This document shows positions 24,380-37,755 of a stretch of 64,000 nt of DNA, one piece after another. The first letter of the stretch is position 1. The number at the start of each line of letters is the position of its first letter. Under the pieces are notes generated by a model, which made no database searches, had not been told where the DNA came from, and was given only the letters and a program-made list of their open reading frames with translations. Made by a program: the position numbers and the translations under genes. Source of the stretch: Octopus vulgaris (lineage: Eukaryota); the NCBI GenBank assembly GCA_951406725.2, contig OX597831.1:48236001-48300000 (forward strand), in the 5' to 3' direction.

Positions 24380-24789
24380 GCGCAGGAGTGGCTGTGTGGT
24401 AAGTAGCTTGCTAACCAACCACATGGTTGCGGGTTCAGTCCCACTGCGTGGCATCTTGGGCAAGTGTCTTCTGCTATAGTCCCAGGCTGACCAATGCCTT
24501 GTGAGTGGATTTGGTAGACGGAAACTGAAAGAAGCCTGTTGTATATATGTATATATATATATATGTGTGTGTGTGTGTTTGTGTGTCTGTGTTTGTCCCC
24601 CTAGCATTGCTTGACAACCGATGCTGGTGTGTCTACGTCCCCGCCACTTAGCGGTTGGGCAAAAGAGACCGATAGAATAAGTACTGGGCTTACAAAGAAT
24701 AAGTTCCGGGGTCGATTTGATCGACTAAAGGCGGTGCTCCAGCATGGCCGCAGTCAAATGACTGAAACAAGTAAAAGAGTAAAAGAGTA
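24380..24789 (+). mobile_element. SINE family A, full length
   Basis: GGAGTGGCTGTGTGG A box, GGTTCAGTCCC B box, TTGGGCAAGTGTCTT, internal microsatellite, (AGTAAAAG)n tail. Confidence 0.9.
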
Positions 24790-25366
24790 AGAGTATATAT
24801 AAATGGATGGATGGATAGATAGATAGATATATATATAGATGTATGTGTGTATATATATGTGCATGTGTCTTTATATTTGTATTTGACCACAATCACTTGA
24901 CAGCTGGTGTTGGTTTGTGTATATCCCTGTAACTTAGCAGTACAGCAAAAGAGACCAATAGAATAAGTAAAATGCTTTTAAAAATAAATACCAGGCCCGA
25001 TCTGTTCAAGTAAACCTTTCAAGGCAGTACAACAGCATGCCATGGCCACAATTTCATAACTGGAGCAGGTGAAAGTCCAGCTTTTAGAAGTGAACATGTA
25101 CAATTAGTTATAATTTCTATAAAATATTTTCTAATATATGTCAAGGTGGATCCATTTGATGTAAAAAGAAATAAATTTTTTTTAAATCAAAAATATCTTT
25201 TTTCATGCATCAGCCTGCATGTGTGTGTGTATCAAAGATCAAATGAAAGACTATAAACTATTTCTTTCCTCCTATGATCTTTGTTCAGATCAATATTGGA
25301 AGAAGAATATAACATCTAAAATGAATATTACATCTAAAAAACGAATTTACACATTGAAAGTTGAAA

Positions 25367-25726
25367 GGCATAGGAGTGGCTGTGTGGTGGTAAGTAGCTT
25401 GCTTACCTTCCACATGGTCCCAGGTTCAGTCCTACTGCGTGACACCTTGTGAGTGAATTTGGTAGACAGAAACTGAAAGAAGCCTGTCGTATATATATAT
25501 ATACGTGTTTGTGTGTGAGTGTGTGTGTGTTTGTGTGTGTTTGTCCCCCCCAAATCACTTGACAACCAATGCTGGTGTGTTTACATCCCCGTAACTTAGT
25601 GGTTCGGCAAAAGAGACTGATAGAGTAAGTACTAGGCTTACAAAGAATAAGTCCTGGGGTCGACTAAAGGTGGTGCTCCAGCATGGCTACAGTCAAATAG
25701 CTGAAACAAGTAAAAGAGAAAAGAGA
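25367..25726 (+). mobile_element. SINE family A with internal deletion
   Basis: Homology to 24380-24789. Confidence 0.85.
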
Positions 25727-25738
25727 AAAAAAATTTAA

Positions 25739-25913
25739 CCCTTCAGTATTTAAACTGGCCATATACGTCATATCTGGCTTTTCACACTTACCCTACAATA
25801 TCATTCTAAAAATAAATAGTTCCTTATTAAACTTTCGAAGCTATAAGATAATAAATTATTAATTCAAAACAATGTGAATAAACAAGCATTACTTTTGATC
25901 TAAATGCTGAAGG
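25739..25913. mobile_element. piggyBac-type MITE (family 1)
   Basis: TTAA^CCCTTCAGTATTTA ... TAAATGCTGAAGG^TTAA. Confidence 0.75.
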
Positions 25914-25932
25914 TTAAAACTGAGCAAATTAC

Positions 25933-26267
25933 TTACTCTTTTACTCTTTTACTTGTTTCAGTCATTTGACTGTGGCCATGCTGGAGCACTGCCTTTAGTC
26001 GAGCAAATTGACCCCAGGACTTATTCTTTGTAAGCCTAATACTTATTCTATTGGTTTCCTTTGCTGAACCATTAAGTTACGGGGACATAAACAACCAGCA
26101 TTATTCTTTGTAAGCCTAGTACTTATTCTATCGGTCTCTTTTGCCGAACTGCTAAGTTACGGGGACGTAAACACATCGGTTGTCAAATGATGTTGGAGGG
26201 ACAAACACAGACACACAAACATATACATACATACATACATACATACATACATACATACATACATACA

Positions 26268-26358
<91 letters not shown>

Positions 26359-26516
26359 GATGGGCTTCTTTCAGTTTCTGTCTACCAAATCCACTCACAA
26401 GGCTTTGGTCGACCTGAGGCTATAGTAGAAGACACTTGCCCAAGGTGCCATGCAGTGGGAATGAATCCGGAACCATGGGCTTGGTAAGCTACTTACCACA
26501 CAGCCACTCCTGCACC
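25933..26516 (-). mobile_element. SINE family A with an 80-bp internal tandem duplication and expanded microsatellite
   Basis: TTATTCTTTGTAAGCCTA repeated at 26021 and 26101. Confidence 0.85.
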
Positions 26517-26695
26517 TATACTTGTCAAGAATTATAAAATATTTTTGAAAGTATTTTTTCTTGACATCAACTAATTTTAATAGTGCAGTTATTTTAAACA
26601 TGGGAAGTATACAAAAATAAAAAATCAAGAGCTCTAGAGACAAACATTTAACTGATCTCTTACTAAGGCACCATTGTAGCCAATTTTAACATTAA

Positions 26696-26916
26696 CCCTT
26701 TTGTTACAAACCCGGCTGAAACCGGCTCTGGCTCTGTAGCACAAATGTCTTGTTTTCAAAAGTTTTGAATTAAAATCTTCCACTAAACTTTAGTCACAAT
26801 TTATGTTCCTAACACTAGCTGAATGATAACTAAGTTATTTTACTAAATTCTTTGTTATATTTAAAGTAATTGAAAGAAACACAGAGCATCTCAAAATAAA
26901 TTCAGTAACGAAAGGG
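26696..26916. mobile_element. piggyBac-type MITE (family 2)
   Basis: TTAA^CCCTTTTGTTAC ... GTAACGAAAGGG^TTAA; second copy at 54265-54397. Confidence 0.85.
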
Positions 26917-27106
26917 TTAATGAAACTTAAGCTTAGTATCTTGTCATATTTGGCACTACTGGAATTTATTTTATCAACTGACTTAAAACTTTTGATACCA
27001 ATTTACCTGCATTTGGTTTTGTATCCAATTTTAATATTAACTAAATTTAAGTTTGGTATCTGGTGAAAGTTGGTACTACCAAGATTTATTTTATGAATTA
27101 AATTAA

Positions 27107-27316
27107 CCCTTTAGCAATTAAATCAGCTGTATCTGACAGAAATATTCTATCTGTATTATGCTAAAACTGGTCAGATCTCGCTTCTCACACCTACCATTCT
27201 AAAAGTAAAGAATCACATTATGGAAATCTCAAAATTATAGGATAGTGCAAGATTAAATCAAAGCAACGTGAATAGATAAGAATTACATTTGACAGATTAA
27301 TCTGAATTGTACAGAA
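27107..27316. mobile_element. piggyBac-type MITE (family 1), degenerate
   Basis: TTAA^CCCTTTAGCA start; interior similar to 25739-25913; TTAA at 27317. Confidence 0.55.
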
Positions 27317-27353
27317 TTAACCATTTTGATACCAATTATTGTGCAAATGCCCA

Positions 27354-27600
27354 GTGGAGGTACATGGCTTAGTGGTTAGGGTGTTGGACACATGATTGTA
27401 AGATTGTGGTTTCAATTCCTGAACTGGGTGATGCATTGTATTTTTGAGCAAAACACTTCATTTCATGTTGTTCCAGTTCATTTGGTAGGCAAAAGGGAGT
27501 GATCTTGTGACAAACTGACGTCGCATCCAGGTGGGGGGGGGATTTATATACCATAGAAACTAGGAAGCCATCCCTTATGAGTTGTCATGACTTGAAAAGG
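27354..27600 (+). mobile_element. tRNA/CORE SINE, family C variant
   Basis: TGGCTTAGTGG A box, GGTTTCAATTC, TTGAGCAAAACACTT; related to 60240-60460. Confidence 0.7.
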
Positions 27601-27689
27601 TAACCATTACCTTTTTTACTTACCTGCAATTGCACCTGTATCCAGTTTTAACATTAACCACACTAGAGTCATATTTGGTGCTAGCAACA

Positions 27690-27904
27690 TCTGAATGTGG
27701 TCAATGCCAGTGCCCCCCTGACTGGCTCCTGGGCTGTTGCACCTAAAAAATAGCCACTACACTCTTACAGTGGTTGGCATTAGGAAGGGCATCCAGCTGT
27801 AAAAACATTGCAGGATCAGATTGGAGCATGGTGCAGCCCACTGGTTTGCCAGGCCCCAATCAAACTATCCAACCCATACTAGCATGGAAAATGGACGTTA
27901 AACA

Positions 27905-27935
<31 letters not shown>
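27690..27935 (+). mobile_element. RTE LINE 3' UTR
   Basis: GGAAGGGCATCCAGCTGTA..GGACGTTAAAC(GAT)n. Confidence 0.75.
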
Positions 27936-28074
27936 CTTTATCCTTTTGATTCAACTCACCAGCAATCACTCCTTGTTCTATGATACTAGCTTTTGGTGCC
28001 TTCCACTTATGACATTTTCCTTCCTTACCACTTTAAAAATTATTATTTAATAGAATATTATTTTATTTAATTCT

Positions 28075-28290
28075 TAGGTAGCAAGCTGGCAGAATCGTTA
28101 GCTTGCTGGGCGAAATGCTTACTGGTATTTCATCTGCCACTACGTTCTAAGTTCAAATTCCACCAATGGTAACTTGGCCTTTCATCCTTTCGGGGTCAAT
28201 TAAATAAGTTCTAGTTACGCACTGGGGCCAATGTAATCAATTTACCCCCTCCCACAAATTCCAGGCCTTGTGCCAATAATAGAAATTAAT
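28075..28290 (+). mobile_element. SINE family B
   Basis: TGGCAGAATCG A box, GTTCAAATTCC B box, GCCTTTCATCCTTTCGGGGTC domain. Confidence 0.8.
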
Positions 28291-29117
28291 ATTTTATTAA
28301 ACTCTTTTAATATAAACTTCATGTTTAAAACACCCTGCACCAGATGGCTGGAATGATCAGGGAAGATGATTCAAAGGCTCAACATCACCTTGGAGGATGC
28401 AGAGGAGCTGTCACAAGACACTTATTGTCTGGAACTTATTCTATTGGTCTGCTAAGTTATGGAGATATAAATGCACAACACTTGTTGTCAAGCAGTGATA
28501 AGGGACACACACACAGGCACAGAGACACACATACACATGGCAGGCTTCTTTCAGTTTGTCTCTGCCAAATCCACTCACAAGGCTTTGGTTGGCCTGAGGC
28601 TATAGCAGAAGACACATGCACAAAGTGTCGAGCAGTGGGACTGAACCAGAACCATGTGGCTGGGAAGCAGCCTGATCTTTAAAGATGGAACATACAATTT
28701 TTTAATAATTACATCAACACCATTAATTTTTATAACTTCTACTTCATCCAGCCATATTAGTTTATGCATTTTCTTAGAAATGCACGAATGACTTGCTCTT
28801 AAAAATTTTTGACATTTTGGCCTTTCCTTGGTTGGGTGACTTGCATGCCATGTGGTGTTATTTGCTTGGTATGGCACTGTCAGTGAAGAGTAAAGGGCTT
28901 CGTGCTTTCATCAGTTTTTAGTGCACATTTTTATGCTGTTTCATCTCTGACAGTGAGATCAATAGCCTCAATAACAGAGATGATTATATTGTATTTTTTC
29001 TGAGTTTAATACATCTGCAGCACAATGCTGTGAGAGCATGGTGCTGATGGGAAGGTCACACTGCTGCCAAAAACTATGACACACAGACACAAGCATGCAT
29101 GCACACATACACACACA

Positions 29118-29150
<33 letters not shown>

Positions 29151-29558
29151 GCACATAAGGATACATATCTTAGAAGAACAGAACGGAGTAAGTGAAGTAA
29201 GAACACACATGAAAATGAAAGGTGTCACTGAAGAGGTCACAGATGTGTGACAAAAGATTTCTGGACATTGGACATGAGTTGAAATAATAAAATAAGAACA
29301 GTAATAAACGAGTGAAGAAAAAAATATATAGTGCATGTGTTTACTTGGCAAAAAAGAAAAATAAATGAACATCCCGAAATACAACAATATATTGTATTCA
29401 TTTCTAACAAATTTTGAGAAAGGGTTATATTTGATTAGAAAAACTTCCAGCAAACTACCAGTTATTTTATCAACCTCAGAACGATAAACAAAAACCATCC
29501 TCAGTGAGATTTGAAATCAGAACATAAAAGTATGTTACTTAGTATACCACTTCTATCT

Positions 29559-29791
29559 TATTTCTTTATTGCCCACAAGGGGCTAAACATAGAGGGGACA
29601 AACAAGGACAGACAAAGGGATTAAGTTGATTACATCGACTCCAGTGCATAACTGGTACTTAATCTATTGACCCCGAAAGGATGAAAGGCAAAGTCGACAT
29701 CGGCGGAATTTGAACTCAGAACGTAACGGCAGACAAAATACTGCTAAGCACTTTGCCTGGCATGCTAACGTTTCTGCCAGCTCGCTGCCTT
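29559..29791 (-). mobile_element. SINE family B, full length
   Basis: TSD TATACCACTTCTATCT on both sides. Confidence 0.9.
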
Positions 29792-30344
29792 AATATACCA
29801 CTTCTATCTGATTGCCAACACCATTGGAAATCAAACAGAAAAATAAAATTTTGGATTGTAGTGTAAAAGAGACAAAGGCTTCACTAGAGTACAATGGTTT
29901 AATACTCATAAAACTCTGTAAACCGGCTTGTTTTTCAAAAAGAAGGAATTATGTTTTGTGCAACTTTGTTTATTTATGATTGGATCAATTATCTGTGCAA
30001 ATTGCATCCTACCCATGTCATTTAGTTAATCGAATTTTTAATAAACTTTATTTCATCCCACCTCCCACCTTAAAGAGAATAAGAAAAAAAGTTGAAATCA
30101 TCCCTAGGAAAATTTCAACTGAAAATGTAAATGACAATAATTAAATTCTGCCAGTCATTTTATTCACTGCTCTATTGTTTCTTCCAGCCCACCATGCTGA
30201 AGATGTTGTTTAGCCACAGGTCAGTACTGACAGAACAGTTCTATGATCAAAAGCATTCTTCCATCCAATGACCAGCCAAACCCCTTTTAGCATGTGTATT
30301 ATGTTCCTTTCTTGGACAACACTATTCAAGGTTTTTTTATTCTT

Positions 30345-30678
30345 TTATTTGTTTCAGTCACTTAGACGAGCTATTCGACCCCAGGACTTATTCTTTGTAA
30401 GCCTAGTGCTTATTCTATCAGTCTCTCTTGCCGAACCACTAAGTGACGGGGACGAAAACACACCAGCATCAGTTGTCAAGTGATGTTGGGGGGACAAATG
30501 CAGACACACAAACATACACATACACACACACTCACACACAAACATATATATATATATACACATATACATACACATATACATACACATATATATGACAGGC
30601 TTCTTTCTGTTTCCATCTACCAAATCCACTCTCAAGGCTTTGGTTGGCCTGAGGTTATAGTAGAAGGCACAGCCACTT
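30345..30678 (-). mobile_element. SINE family A with deletions
   Basis: Homology to the other A copies. Confidence 0.8.
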
Positions 30679-30849
30679 AGTATACCACTTCTATCTGATT
30701 GCCAACACCATTGGAAATCTTTTTCTTAAAAAAGTCTAAGTGAAGAACGTGAAGGAATTTTAGTTACTTCTAGCAGCCCCAGGTTAGCTGACAGAACAAT
30801 TCTCCCATCCAATGACCAACCAAATCCCTTTTATCTGATATGTTCTTTT

Positions 30850-31408
30850 ATTCTTTCATCTGTTTACACGTTTCAGTCATTTGAATGGCGCCATATTGAA
30901 ACACTGCCTTAAAAGGTTTTAGTCAAAGAAATCGACCCCATGACTTTTGTAAGCCTAGCACTTATTCTATTGGTCACTTTTGCAGAACCTATTTCTTTAC
31001 TACCCAGAAGGGGCTAAACATAGAGGGGACAAACAAGGACAGGCAAACGGATTAAGTCGATTATATCGACCCCAGTGCGTAACTGGTACTTACTTAATCG
31101 ACCCCGAAAGGATGAAAGGCAAAGTCGACCTCGGTGGAATTTGAACTCAGAACGTAGCAGCAGACGAAATACGGCTACGCATTTCGCCCAGCGTGCTAAC
31201 GTTTCCGCCAGCTCACGCCTTTTTTGCAGAACCACTAAGTTATGGGGTCGTATACAGCTAGCTTCTGTCAGTTTCTGTCTATCAAATCCACTCACATGGC
31301 TATGGTCAGCCTGAGGCTATAATACAAGACACTTTCCCCAGTTGCCATGCAGTTGGACTGAACCTGGAACCATATGGTTGGGAAGCAAGCTTCTCACCAC
31401 ACAGCCAT
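30850..31408 (-). mobile_element. SINE family A with nested SINE B (30990-31221)
   Basis: B flanked by TSD TTTTGCAGAACC (30978-30989, 31222-31233). Confidence 0.85.
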
Positions 31409-31969
31409 GTTCCTTGGACAACACTATTCATGATTTTTGTTTCTTTGTCTTAAAAAAATCTAAGTGGAAAATTTGAAAGAATTTTAGTTGTTATTTATCA
31501 TATTTCAATTAACCACATAGTCTTCCTCATTGGTTCATTATAGGAATTTTGGCCATTATTTCTAGCAGTTCAAGCATCAACACAGAATCTTCCCTGCTTT
31601 ATTGTTAGCAGTAAATATTGATAGCTTGGGGTAGCTTAATAATAAAGTCTTAGTTATTTAGTTTTACTCAGTAATAAAGAAGTTGATCAGAATTAGTTAT
31701 CAAAATTCTTTTATTTATTCATTTAGTTTTAAAACATACATTTAACTCACAAAAGCTTGAGAAATATCCTGAAGGAAATTGTTCCATCTTTGTGGATGTA
31801 ATCGAGCATATTCCTGTGATTGTATAACATTTTATTTTAGACAGAAGAATATGATGAGAAAAGAAATAAGTATATAAAAAAATGAATAAATAATTAGGGA
31901 AATATAGAAATAAAATTTTGAATTCATATCGAATCAAATCAAATCAAATCATTTGAAAAGAAGATATTG

Positions 31970-32243
31970 AATTTTAAGTTTTATCGCCACCATAAGTTCC
32001 ACCACCAAAACCACCACCACCACCATCCTACCACTGCCACTACCACCACTACCTCTACCACCACCACAACTACTACCACTACCACCAACAACAACAACAA
32101 CAAATTTTAAGCTTTATCACCACCATAAGTCTCACCAATTCAACCACCACCACCAGCACCACCACCACCAGCACCACCACCACTATCCTACCACTGCCAT
32201 TACCATACCACCACCACTACCACTACCACCAACAACAACAACA
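31970..32243. repeat. Two-unit tandem repeat (period about 133 bp) with (CAC)n core
   Basis: AATTTTAAG.TTTATC.CCACCATAAGT at about 31970 and 32103. Confidence 0.8.
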
Positions 32244-33120
32244 GCCGTTCAAGAATTTGAACCTAGAAATCTCCATTTCCAGCGACTTCGAGGGCCACCT
32301 CCCAGTGGTGTCGGGCGTCAATGAAGAGCCCTCAACTACAACAAGACGACCAAAGTTTCTTTTTTGCAAGGTCTGGGGTCTCCTGCCCCTAAGCCCTAGA
32401 CCATCGCTTAATCACCCTTACCCGTCTTGTTGCTTAACAACAACAAAAATAACAACATAAAGCTGATGAGCTAATGAGGGAACCTAAACATGGTTGTTCA
32501 ACCCGCTAGAAGTAGCAGGTAAATCTCCCTCAAGTCCCATTCCTACTATCTTATGATAGAACACATTGAATAATGCAATCCCAAATTCTCTGTACACAGA
32601 GAAAAGATGGGATGATTGCAGTTGGAACACCTTTCGTCATATGTCTATTCAACCTGAGCTAAACTGAGTCTAAATTCCCACCTCCAACAGCAACAACAAC
32701 TTGAGAGAGCCTCTTCATGATCACTTGAAATACAAGAAATAGTAGCTAAATTTCCTCAAGTAATAATCAGCTGTCTCCAGTAAGTGAAGGGTACATGAGA
32801 AAATGCAGCTCTGAACTGACCTCCAATAAAGGCAGGAAAGTCTTTGATCATCGTCTTTGCTTAATCAGTACTTACCTAAGGCTAAAATGTTAAACAGTAA
32901 CATTAAATGAGCAAGGAACTTCTTCATGATAAATTGAAATGCTAGAAACAACAACCAAATCTCCCTCAAATCACATGCTATCATCTTAAATAAGTCTTCT
33001 GCCTGGCCAGCTCCAGTCAAACTGTCCAATCCATGCCAATATAGAAGGCAGACATGTACATGTTCAATCTCATGCGGACATCTCTTGTATAGTTCTGCTA
33101 AATTATATTTTGCTATGACG

Positions 33121-33192
33121 ATCACACTGATGAGTTACAGACATCCTACGTAAGTAGTTATGTAAGTGGTAACAACAAAACTGGTTTGTGAT
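33121..33192 (+). ncRNA. Degenerate hammerhead motif (family N)
   Basis: ATCACA-CTGATGA-GTTAC..GTAAC-(AAC)-AAAA-CTGG-TT-TGTGAT; perfect 6-bp helix I, 5-bp helix II. Confidence 0.55.
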
Positions 33193-33342
33193 TAATCTGT
33201 ATAGTTTGTATCTTTTCATTTGTCTTGCTTGCTTACATTCTGGCGTTTGCTAAATTTTCTTGAGAACATTCGTTTCTTAGTGGTAAAACCATAGTGGGTC
33301 AACTTCTAGCATATGGGATGTCCACTTAGTGGTCATCCCTCT

Positions 33343-33409
<67 letters not shown>

Positions 33410-34982
33410 ATACATATATATATGTATAAGTATGCATGTATATATATGTATATGTATATATATGTACATATTTATGTGTATGTTTTTGTGTCTGTTTGTC
33501 TCCCCATCATTGGTGTGTTTTTGTCCCTGTAACTTAGTGGTTCAGTAAAAGAGATCAATAGAATAAGTACTAGGCTTAAGAAATAAGTCTGGGGTCGATT
33601 TGATCGACTAAAACTCTTCAAAGCAGTGCTCTAGCATGGCTGCAGTCAAAATGACTGAAACAAGTAACAGAATAGCTATGGTTGGGATATTCTTCAATCA
33701 AAGGTCTGCTCAATTAAGGATTACCTAGAGCAAAACAACAACAACTGCAGCTACTGTATTTGTCTAAATTATTATTTTTTCAATCTGTTTGTTTCAAATC
33801 TACTCTTAAAACCCCCACAACCTTCGTTAAATTATTCATTCAGATATTAAGATTTTTATTGTTCCTTAGAGAAAGATTGGGTTTGAGTTTTCTGTTTCAA
33901 ACCACAGCAAGAAAGAGATGGAAGGGTGCAGAGAGAGAGAGAGAGAGAGAGGGCATGGAAGAAAAGGGAGCTGAGTTTGGAGGAGCAAAAAAAAAATATA
34001 TGAAACAGATATTTCCTTTTATTTTATATTTTGTGTTCAAAAGGGAAATTTTCTTCTCTGGAAATTAATTCTCTACTTGTTCACTTTTGAAATTGATTCA
34101 CATTGTTCAAGAGGTAAATTTTGTTTACTGGTAAAAATTTAACAATATTTCTTTATAACTTTATAACTTCTCTTTTCTTTCTGCCCCCCCCCCCCCCGCA
34201 CCCTCTCTCTCTCTCTACCTTTTCCCTTCACCTTTTTTCATTTCTTTCCCCATAATATTTTTCCTCCTCATCCACTTCCACCTCCTCCTCTACTCTGCCT
34301 CCTCCTCCTTTCCTCCTCCTCCCCCTCCTCCTTCCCTTCTCGCCTACCCCACTCTCATCTTCTACACCCCCCTTCCTCCTTTACCCCCTTCTTCTCATTG
34401 TTGTAATATTTATTATCATCATCATAATCATCGTCATCGTCGTCATCATCATCATCATCATTATCATTGTCATCGTCATCATTTATTTATTCATCATTAA
34501 TTTTCCTTTTTTTTTTATATTTCCATTTAATTTCATACCCAAAGCATTTTAGTGAACAATATGGTTATTATTTAAACTGAAGTGGTTTTCTCTTCCATTT
34601 TTTTTTTCCCTAACATTTTTACCATTTCTTTTTATCTTGTCTCTTAGACACACAATTATTTCCTTCCATTTCAATCTTCAAAATAGAAAAAAAAAGTTAA
34701 TAAAGAAAAAAAATACTAAAATAAAAATAAAACAAAACAAAACAAAAACAAACCAATAAATCATATAATTTTTTTGCCTTTCTACTTTCCTTTGACAATA
34801 TTTCTTCTTGTATTGCTAACATCACAGGAAAATATGATGACAAAATCAGTAAAACCAAAAGCTATATTTGCTTAATTCTCAATTCTATATTTCAATTCAA
34901 CAGGAAGAACTCGGTATATTTCACTGGAAAATTAAATAGTCTATGACAATGATTTTCAACCTTTTTTGGAGGTCCACAACAC

Positions 34983-35392
34983 ACTCTTTTACTCTTTTTT
35001 TTTTACTTGTTTCAGTCATTTTGACTGTGGCCATGCTGGAGCACCACCTTTAGTCAAGCAAATCGAGCCCAGGACTTATTCTTTGTAAGCCTAGTACTTA
35101 TTCTATCGGTCTCTTTTGCCAAACCACTAAGTTACGGGGACGTGAACACACCAGCATCAGTTGTCAAGCGATGTTGGGGACACACAGACACACAAGCATA
35201 TACACACACATACATATTACATATATATACGATGGGCTTCTTTCAGTTTCTGTCTACTAAATCTACTCACACGGCTTTGGTTGGCCCGAGGCTATAGTAG
35301 AAGACACTTGCCCAAGGTGCCATACAGTGAGATTGAACCCAGAGCCATGTGGTTGGTAAGCAAGCTACTTACCGCACAGCCACTCCTGCACC
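34983..35392 (-). mobile_element. SINE family A, full length
   Basis: Homology to 10332-10741. Confidence 0.9.
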
Positions 35393-35414
35393 TAGATAAG
35401 ATACTTTATAATAA

Positions 35415-35632
35415 TCTTTTCTACTCTAGGCACAAAACCAGAAATTTTGGGGGAGGGGGCCAGTTGATTAGATTGATCCCCAGTATGCAACTGGTACTTA
35501 ATTTATCGACCCTGAAAGAATGAGAGGCAAAGTTGACCTCGGTGGAATTTAAACTCAGAACGTAAAGACAGACGAAATACTGCTAAGCATTTCGCCCAGT
35601 TTGCTAATGTTTGTGCCAGCTTGCCACCTTAA
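35415..35632 (-). mobile_element. SINE family B
   Basis: Homology to the other B copies. Confidence 0.8.
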
Positions 35633-35831
35633 GACACATAATATTATAGAACACTATCTGGTGTTTTAAAGATTTTATTAGATGAGCATTATATAGTTGT
35701 AATATAGGGAAATTATGTGGTCTATGGCTGTGATTATTCAACCTTTTCTTGGTCCACAGCTCCCTGTATAAGTCTTTTACCCCTTTAATTACCATATATC
35801 TTCAGAAATATATTGTCTTTGGTGAGCTGTA

Positions 35832-36070
35832 TAAGGCAGCGAGCTGGCAGAAACACTAGCATGCCAGGCGAAATGCTTAGCAGTATTTTGTCTGCCGCTA
35901 CGTTCTGAGTTCAAATTCTGCTGAGGTCGACTTTGCCTTTCATCCTTTTGGGGTCGATTAAATAAGTACCAGTTGTGCACTTGGGTCAATATAATTGACT
36001 TAATCCGTTTGTCTGTACTTGTTTGTCCCCTCTGTGTGTAGCCCCTTGTGGGCAGTAAAGAAATAAGAAA
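35832..36070 (+). mobile_element. SINE family B, full length
   Basis: TSD AGAAATATATTGTCTTT (35804-35820, 36066-36082). Confidence 0.9.
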
Positions 36071-36344
36071 TATATTGTCTTTGTTTCAATGTATTCTGAA
36101 ATAATGAAGAATACAGGAATTAGTAAAATAACTTTGATATTCTCTCTCTCTTCCTCTCTCTGTCTCTCTTCCTCTCTGTCTCTCACTCTCTCTGACCAGG
36201 TAACCATGTACCTCCTCTGCAGCAAGACACCTGTTTCTGTCTCTCTGTCACACTGTAACCTTACATCATCTGGCACAAGATCACCTCCTCCAGTTCCCCC
36301 ACCTCTTTCAAAGATTCTTTGTTTTATAAATTTACTTGATTACC

Positions 36345-37042
36345 CTGCTGGTGCTGGTACCACGTATAAAGCATCCAGTCTGCATTGCCAAGTAGTTGGC
36401 ATTTGGAAGGGCATTCAGTTGTAAAAACCATGCCAAAACTGATTTCGCCAGTGCTGGTGGCATGTAAAAACATTCAGTCCACTCTGCAGAGTGATTGGTG
36501 TTAGGAAGGGCATCCAGCCTGCCAAAACAGACACAGAAACCTGGTGTAGTCTTCTATCTGGCCAGCTCCTGTCAAACTGTCCAATCCATGCCAATAGGGA
36601 AGGTGGACATTAAACGATGATAATAAGCTAACAACTGGATTATAAATTAATATAATTTATTAATTGGTAGAAGCTTTTCATTTAGACTACTTTTAAAGCA
36701 GAAACTGTGCATCATTGAACAAATGATTGTCTTAGTTGAGTTGGCATGTAAAAGGTTAAAATATTCGAGACCTTTGGCATTATGTCATGCTTGAGAAGAA
36801 GACCCATCAAGCCAAGCAAATTTGCAGTCAAGGCAGATACTGATGTCACGCAAATGGCACCCATGCCAATGGCACATAAAAGCACCTGTTACACTCTCAG
36901 AGTGGTCGGTGTTAGGAAAGGCATCCAGCCATAGAAAACCATGCCAAACCAGAGTGGAGATTGGTGCAGCCTTCCTACTTACCAGCCCTGGTCAAACTGT
37001 CATACATGGACAAGGGACACCAGCATGGACAACGGACATTAA

Positions 37043-37076
<34 letters not shown>

Positions 37077-37102
37077 CGATGACGATGATGATGATGATGA
37101 TG
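36345..37102 (+). mobile_element. Two RTE LINE 3' ends (about 36345-36622 and 36767-37102)
   Basis: RDLWHYVMLEKK ORF end; GGCATCCAGC motif; (GAT)n tails. Confidence 0.7.
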
Positions 37103-37579
37103 AGAACACTAAGATGGCAATCTGGTGCCATGCCAAGAAAAATGCTTAGTGGTATTTCTTCCAACTTTATGTTCTGATTTCAAATCCTGCCAAGGTTAAC
37201 TTTGTCTGTCACCCATTCAAGATCAATAAAATAAGAACCAGTTGAGTGACAGGGTCAATGTATATGAACTACCACCCCACCTGAAGTTACTGGCCTTGTT
37301 CCAAAATTTGAAGCCAATACATATTCTAACTACAGCTAGAGGTGGGGCTATATGTGTAATATGAAAGAAATTTAAGGCTCTGTACCTTTATTATAAAGGA
37401 TTATTAGTGTTGTAGATATATGTAACTAAAACCAAAGATTTCAGTTTTGTTTTTTTTTTTAAATTCAGCTCTTGACCTATTTAAAAAGAAGCAAATAATT
37501 TTGGAATTTCTAATATGTTTGAGTCGTTAATAACAATATGTATATGTGATTTAATTAATGAATGTTAATATCAATTAAT

Positions 37580-37709
37580 GCCACAGGTGTGACTGAGTGA
37601 TTAAGAAGATTGCTTACAAGCCATGTGGTCTTCAGTTCAGTACCTCTGTACAGCATCTTGGGCAATATGTGTATATATATATATAAGTATATTGCCATAT
37701 ATCTATCAA

Positions 37710-37755
<46 letters not shown>

